Position numbers and translations under genes: made by a program | Notes under the pieces: model-generated | Told to the model about the DNA's origin: nothing | What the model saw: the letters and a program-made list of their open reading frames with translations, nothing else | Databases searched by the model: none | Assembly: GCA_964016885.1 (NCBI GenBank) | Contig: OZ024742.1 | Coordinates: 191,456,001 to 191,520,000, forward strand | DNA from: Eledone cirrhosa | Taxonomy: Eukaryota | DNA: 64,000 nt | Direction: 5' to 3' | In this document: piece by piece, positions 56,028-64,000 of the stretch | How the letters are laid out: each line of letters starts with the position of its first letter | Numbering within the stretch: position 1 is the stretch's first letter

Positions 56028-56290
56028 ATTCCAAATCTAGATCCATGTATGTATAAAAAGACACACATACATACCCCCACACACATATAATTCTATTTGT
56101 TCACTGCTTCTACAATTGTATAGAAATGTGGGCAACTGAAATGATCTTCTACGTATTTATCAGAATAATATTTTGTTGGGTTGAAATTTCATTAACTCTA
56201 CGGAAGCGACATCAATTGCTGATTTATCAATGCATGAGGGATAGCATAAATTATTGGATGCTGCGAAATAGGGTGTCAGTTATATATATG

Positions 56291-56364
<74 letters not shown>

Positions 56365-56705
56365 CAAGCATACATACATGACATGCATGTATGTATGCAT
56401 CTTTGCATGTTTCCATGCTTGCATTCATACGTACATCCCTGCACACATATATACATACGTACATACATGCGTGCATGCATACATACACACATATATATTG
56501 AGGGAGGTTGGGAGTAAAAGATATCTTCTCCTTCGTCATCACTGTATGTAGAGTAACATGCGTCTCTTTCTTTCTTTCCCTTCTGTATATTTCATTTTTC
56601 ACTCACTTCCCGAAACACTAATATATCTATATGCCGGTCCATGTATGTATGGATGCACGTTATGTATGTATTTCACTTAGATATAATTGTTTTATACATG
56701 CATGG

Positions 56706-56746
<41 letters not shown>

Positions 56747-57934
56747 TGCGTGTGTGTGTGTATTTGTGTGTGTTCGAAGTTTAAATACATGTTCCGTGCT
56801 TTGAATATATGGTTATACAATTTTAAAGAATGTTCTATTTGTAAGTATTTAAATATTAACATTTATATTCACCACCTTAACCTCCTTCTTATCACTTTAC
56901 ATTTCAAATGGAAAGAAAACGACTTCTGAATTATAAACAAGGAATGTCTTTCTAATGTGCCTCACCTACACAAGGTATATTATTTAACCTTTTAGACAAA
57001 TATATTCGTTCCATTTCAATGTGTCATCGTGCATCATTGTGTCGAATTGTCTGTTAGATTTTGTTTCATTTTCTTGCGGGCTGTAATTTCTCTAGAGGTT
57101 TTATATACACAGGTTTTATCAATAACGACACGAAATATTTCAATCAAACAATTTTAGTTTAATGATTTACATAGATTCTCGCCCCAAGAGAAAAAATATA
57201 TTAGGGTAGTAGATACCTTTGATATAATCTAATCCTGATTCACCATAGATTTGCTAGATTGTCCCAGTTTAAACAGATTAGTAGTTTTGCCATCACTGGG
57301 AAAGATAAATGCTAGTAAAACAACTAAGAGTTTACTAAAATGGTGAGCTTTTGCAGCCAGCGACATCTAATATTTAGATTCCAAATATTCAGATGAATTG
57401 CTAATGACATCCAGCAACGCCTAGGACCGCCCATTTAACAACAACCACTTTATAATCATCAGCACTCGATACAACAACAATCATCAAAGGTGCCTCCACC
57501 ATTCCTTCCATCTACACCATCCCTTTCTCCAACGTCTAGAATGGAAGAGCAGCCATATCTCTACAAATACCAGCCCAGAACATCATCTTGTATCTAAGAT
57601 GCATCGGACAATATAGTATCTGATGAACAATTCAGGATTAGTTACGACTGGAACGCCTTTGATCATATCTCTTAGTTAATGATAACATAACAACGCTACG
57701 ACTAAAATAGTGACTACCACAATAATAAAATTGCTATTGTTTCTGATACAGACCCCCGGTCAGTAAATTAGGGGTCGGAAAAGTGGAGTAAATCTCCCGA
57801 GTATCTGATTAGTACATTTTTTTAATCAACTCCCCAAAAGAAGAAAGGCAAAGTTGACCTCCTTGGGGTTTCTACTAGAAGAAATAGCGTATAGCATTTT
57901 TCTCCGATGCTGTAAATTTACTCAATAGCGGTAA

Positions 57935-58240
57935 CGTGTCTCGGAGATCAGAGTGTCATTCGAGGTAGAGGTGCTACTTGTTAGAATTGAGAGGTCGCAG
58001 ATCCGATACATTGGACATGTGACTAGAATGTCTTAGGAAAGAATCACTGGACAGATTTTACGAGCAAAAACCGGCAAGAAGCCCAGGGGTAGACTCAGCA
58101 AGATGGTTGAATAACATCCGTGAGATCGGGTGATCCCGCTTGGTTATCTAGCATGTATAGTTGGAGACATTTGTTTTTGACACGACCCGCTGAAAGGAGT
58201 GTTTGATGAATCTTGCCCCAGCCCGACCCCCTCAGGTATA
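57935..58240 (+). mobile_element. 3' fragment of an RTE-clade LINE
   Basis: Hand translation SEIRVSFEVEVLLVRIERSQIRYIGHVTRMS*ERITGQILRAKTGKKPRGR matches the RTE/Rex3-type C-terminal QLRWxGHxxRM..GxRPRGRP pattern. Confidence 0.8.
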
Positions 58241-58379
58241 AGTGAGCGAGGAAAAAAGAAGAAAGAAAAGGAAACAAAGAAAAATAGAAAAGGAGGAAAG
58301 GGCAAAAAGAAAATGGAAGCTGTAATCGTTCACACAATCGACTATTAGTAATAGCAATCACCATAGTTCTCATTGCCAA

Positions 58380-58684
58380 CTTCATCATCATCATCATCAT
58401 CATCCCCACTACCACCACCACCATCATCATCATCACCACTACCACCATCATCATCATCATCACCATCATCATCCCCACTACCACCACCACCATCATCATC
58501 ATCACCACTAACACCATCATCATCATCATCACCATCATCTTCCCCACTACCACCACCACCATCATCATCATCACCACTAACACCATCATCATCATCATCA
58601 CCATCATCATCCCCACTACCACCACCACCATCATCATCATCACCACTAACACCATCATCATCATCATCACCATCATCTTCCCCC

Positions 58685-58717
<33 letters not shown>

Positions 58718-58743
58718 CCATCATCCTCCCCCCTACCACCACC

Positions 58744-58774
<31 letters not shown>

Positions 58775-60134
58775 CCACTACCACCACCACCATCATCATC
58801 ATCACCATCATCATCCCCGCCACCACCATCACCATCATCACCACCATGACCCTCACTACCACCACCACCACCATCACCATCAACATCCCCACTACAACCA
58901 CCACCACCATCACCATCAACATCCCCACTACCACCACCACCACCACCACCACCATCACCATCACCATCATCATCCCCACCACCACCACCACCGCCATCAC
59001 CATCACCATCATCACCATCACCATCAACATCCCCACTACCACCACCACCACCATCTCCTTCACCATCAACATCCCCACTACCACCACCACCACCACCACC
59101 ACCACCATCACCATCACCATCACCATCAACATTCCCACTACCACCACCATCATTACTGTCAGCTCTACTAACCAACAGACCCCACTACAACCGAGACCAC
59201 GACACCACACCTCACATAATGAAATATCAAGTACTGCACCTATTGCCAGTGTGAAACAAATAACTATTGCCAACACTTCAAACACAAGAACAGACACACA
59301 TATACACACATACACACGCACACACACACACACATACATACATACACATACATAAACACACACACACACGCACACACACAACACACACAACCCACACACA
59401 TACACACACATACAAACGCACACACACACACGCACACATAAATACACATACATAAACACACACATACACACGCACACACACACACACATACATACATACA
59501 CATACATAAACACACACACACACGCACACACACAACACACACAACCCACACACATACACACACATACAAACGCACACACACACACGCACACATACATACA
59601 CATACATAAACACACACGTACACACGCACACACACACTCACACATACATACACATACATAAACACACATACACACGCGCACGCACACATACATACATACA
59701 CATACATAAACACATACACACGCACACACACACGCATACACACACACCCACGCACACATACATACACATACATAAACACACACACACACACATACATACA
59801 CATACATAAACACACACACACGCACATACATACATACACATACATAAACACATACACACACACAGGCACACAAATACACACACACACACAACACGCACAC
59901 ACATACACACACATACACACGCACACACACACGCGCGCACAGACATACACACACATTGACACTTCATCGACTCATCCTTAATAATTATCCGGCATCCATC
60001 ATTCTCTCTCTCTCTCTTTCTCTCATTCTCTCTCTTTCACTCTCTCTCTCCTCTCTCTCACTCTCTCTCACTGTCCCCCTCTTTCTTACTCACTCACTCA
60101 CCCTCTCTCTCTCGCACGCTAACTCTCTCACAAA

Positions 60135-60166
<32 letters not shown>

Positions 60167-60259
60167 TACTCGCTCAGTCACACTCTCTCTTTCTCTCTCT
60201 TACTCGGTAACTAACTCACTCACTCTGTCTTTCACTTTTTCTTTCTCTCTCTCTTACTC

Positions 60260-60294
<35 letters not shown>

Positions 60295-60335
60295 CTCTCT
60301 CTCTCTCTCTCTCATTCTTTCTCTCACTCCCTCAC
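58380..60335. repeat. (CAT/CAC)n minisatellite, (CA)n higher-order array and (CT)n tract
   Basis: Direct inspection. Confidence 0.95.
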
Positions 60336-60759
60336 TACTTAATTAAATAGTTGTTTCTTTTGAAGATCATATAATTTAGTCAATCAAATAACGCCAGCCG
60401 TCATCTTGCAAATATTTCCTTACACAATGTTTTCTCATTACCGACTCACTCTCTACTTCTTCCTCTCTCTTGCTCTTGCTTTCCCTCTCTCTTGCTTCCA
60501 TTTACATTTACTCCCTATCTCTATATCACACGCTCCCTCACTTGTAGTCGTTCTTTCGCCTTCTCTGGATATCTATTTCACTCCTGTTTTCTAAAAGAGT
60601 ACGCAAATAGGAAAAAAATATTAACATGTATCAAATAAAAAGTACTTTGACCGACAACTTAGTCATGACCATCCCGCCTTTTTCCAGGTATATTATATTC
60701 AATATTAAATTGTGCTGTATATTTAACCCCTTTTTGAGATGGTAGGATATTATTTTAGG

Positions 60760-60945
60760 ATTGGGAGTATCGGTAGAGGGTCTGGAGCCATGCTTTGAAG
60801 CATAGAGTTACCTCCCTTTATGTTCTGAGTTCAAATCCCGCCGAGGTTAACTTTGCTTTTCATCCTTACGGGGTCGATAAAATAAAGTACCAGTAATGCA
60901 CTGGGATAATTGCTGGCCTGGTGCCAAAAGTAGAATCAATTATTT
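60760..60945 (+). mobile_element. Meta-domain-like SINE, single copy
   Basis: Matches the 16033 unit. Confidence 0.8.
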
Positions 60946-61461
60946 TATAAGAATTTCTGAGTAGTTTCGTGCAGATAATTCGACTTGAGGATGGGGTCAT
61001 CACAATATCATGAAGCTGACACTCTAGCTGAAGTAGTTTTAGAATTATTTCATCATACTTCGTCACCTGATCGATACATTTTATTGAGAGTTCCAAAGGT
61101 TTTCACAAAGTCAAACTGCTTAAATGATTAAAACATATTCAATTCTGCAATACATCACTAATGATTTCAAAAGAGATTTAAGGAACTCAAAGATATATCA
61201 CCATGTACACCTTTCATGTTGAAAGAAACATTCTTACATGCATAGCACTCAATACCCCTGATACAGCGTATGCTTGAATCAGATTGGATAGACCCTTTTA
61301 CAGGGCGGATCAGATTATAATATGCATTAGAAAGCTTACATTCAATACACATATATCACAAAGGACATTCTTAAGCTAATGGATAATTACACTAAACCTG
61401 ATATACAAGCTTTCAAAATAAATAGAACTAACAACACGAACCACTCTGATATAACACATAC

Positions 61462-61541
<80 letters not shown>

Positions 61542-61604
61542 AACCAGTAAGACCCCGACAGCTGAGCTCAAGCCGTTTCGACGGCTAATTCTGGACTAAA
61601 AATC

Positions 61605-61637
<33 letters not shown>

Positions 61638-61915
61638 AGAAGTTATATTTAATTTGTTGGGATACAACAAGCAAATATTTTTATAACTAATATAAAGCAC
61701 TCAACAACATTTTTGGAGTAAAAGTACTATATATTAACTATCCGGGAGTTTCCAACAGACACGGTCGCATTCTTTTAAGGGTATGTCAATATTTGTTTAT
61801 AAAACTGATCTATATTATATTTATCTTATGAAAGCGCACCATAATCTGCTTTGGTGTCCTTGAAATATGTATAATGAAATAAATATGGTTTTATAAATAT
61901 AGTTTCCATTTGTTA

Positions 61916-62625
<710 letters not shown>

Positions 62626-62626
<1 letters not shown>

Positions 62627-63115
62627 GGGAAGTTATATTTAAATTGTTGGGTTACAACTAGTAAATATTTATAACTGATATAAAAGCACTCAACAAGTAT
62701 TTGGAGTATATTTACGATATTAAATAAATGGAAACTATATTTATAAAACCATATTTATTTCATTATATATATTTCAGGGATATCATATTAACAATATGTT
62801 ATGCCTTCCTCAGACAAAATACAATATAGACAGTTTTATAGATAAATAGATTTGACATACCGTTCAACATCGACTTGTATTTGAAAAAGTTGATTTGGCA
62901 GTGAAAAAATGTAAACAGAAAGAAAACGAAGAAAGAGAAGAAAAAGAAGAAATGCATGCAACACAATAGAGAGATGGAAAGATAGATAAAGAGAAGAACT
63001 TCATGTAAAGAAACAGAGAGAGATATATATAGAGAGAGGAAATAGATAGAGATAGATATATATAGAGAGAAGTAGGTAGTTGGACATCCGTTGAATAAAC
63101 GTATCAATGATACAT

Positions 63116-63146
<31 letters not shown>

Positions 63147-63389
63147 GCTCTAGTATTAATGTAAGGGAGATATATGTGGTTAGGAGAGAAACCAGCTGTT
63201 ATATATAGAGAAAAATGAAAAGTAACCAGACATAGGCGAGGCATAAAAACACTATGTTTTAATGTAGAAGTATTAGTACGTATTAGTACGTATGCCTCGC
63301 CTATGTCTGGTTACTTTTCATTTTTCTCTCTATATAACAGCTGGTTTCTCTCCTAACCACATATATCTCCCTTACATTAATACTAGAGC

Positions 63390-63420
<31 letters not shown>

Positions 63421-63869
63421 ATGTATCATTGATACGTTTATTCAACGGATGTCCAACTACCTACTTCTCTCTATATATATCTATCTCTATCTATTTCCTC
63501 TCTCTATATATATCTCTCTCTCTTTCTTTACATGAAGTTCTTCTCTTTATCTATCTTTCCATCTCTCTATTGTGTTGCATGCATTTCTTCTTTTTCTTCT
63601 TTTTCTTCGTTTTCTTTCTTTCTTTTCTTTCTTTCCTTCTTTCTCTCTTTCTTTCTGTTTTCATTCTGTTTACAATTTTTTCACTGCCAAATCAACTTTT
63701 TCAAATACAAGTCGATGTTGAACGGTATGTCAAATCTATTTATCTATAAAACTGTCTATATTGTATTTTGTCTGAGGAAGGCATAACATATTGTTAATAT
63801 GATATCCCTGAAATATATATAATGAAATAAATATGGTTTTATAAATATAGTTTCCATTTATTTAATATC

Positions 63870-63870
<1 letters not shown>
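62626..63870. mobile_element. Family Y insertion with long inverted arms and two hammerheads (62762-62816 minus, 63768-63823 plus)
   Basis: 62715-63245 is the reverse complement of 63291-63870; CTGAGGA-agg..cct-GAAA-tatata-TA. Confidence 0.85.
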
Positions 63871-63912
<42 letters not shown>

Positions 63913-63915
<3 letters not shown>

Positions 63916-64000
63916 CGAAGGAGTTGTGGTAAGGAACCAGGTGGACCATAACACACCAGATTACTTACTCAATACTTAGGGTAGTAGAGTGGGTAATAGG
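63913..64000 (-). mobile_element. Family W tail (runs off the window end)
   Basis: Matches 19399-19480. Confidence 0.8.

Noticed and set aside
58095-59962. 619-aa and overlapping Val/Cys/Met or Gly/Asp ORFs
   Set aside because: Stop-free simple repeats.

Overview
AT-rich, microsatellite-saturated animal intergenic/intronic DNA; the repeat content looks most like a coleoid cephalopod such as Octopus (inference). I found no supportable host exon; nearly all ORF-track entries are translated simple repeats. The window is a retroelement graveyard partitioned by microsatellite target. (1) Three minus-strand R4/Dong-clade RLE non-LTR retrotransposons of two families sit at (TAA)n tracts, with a repeated non-coding ~0.8-0.9 kb module beside two of them. 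(2) Many Penelope-like element (PLE) insertions sit in (TA)n: four Naiad-type RT/GIY-YIG fragments, one Penelope/Poseidon-type GIY-YIG fragment, and many short pseudo-LTR copies in tandem or inverted form. Together they carry about 20 minimal type I hammerhead-like motifs with several core variants. (3) There are tRNA-derived SINEs, plus CRE-like and RTE-like 3' fragments. The most notable items are a 259-bp tandem/inverted unit carrying a fully paired tRNA cloverleaf with PLE-style insertion geometry, recurrent fold-back palindromes of one Naiad hammerhead, and a SINE trimer with PLE-type termini. All structures were paired by eye; no folding or database search was run.
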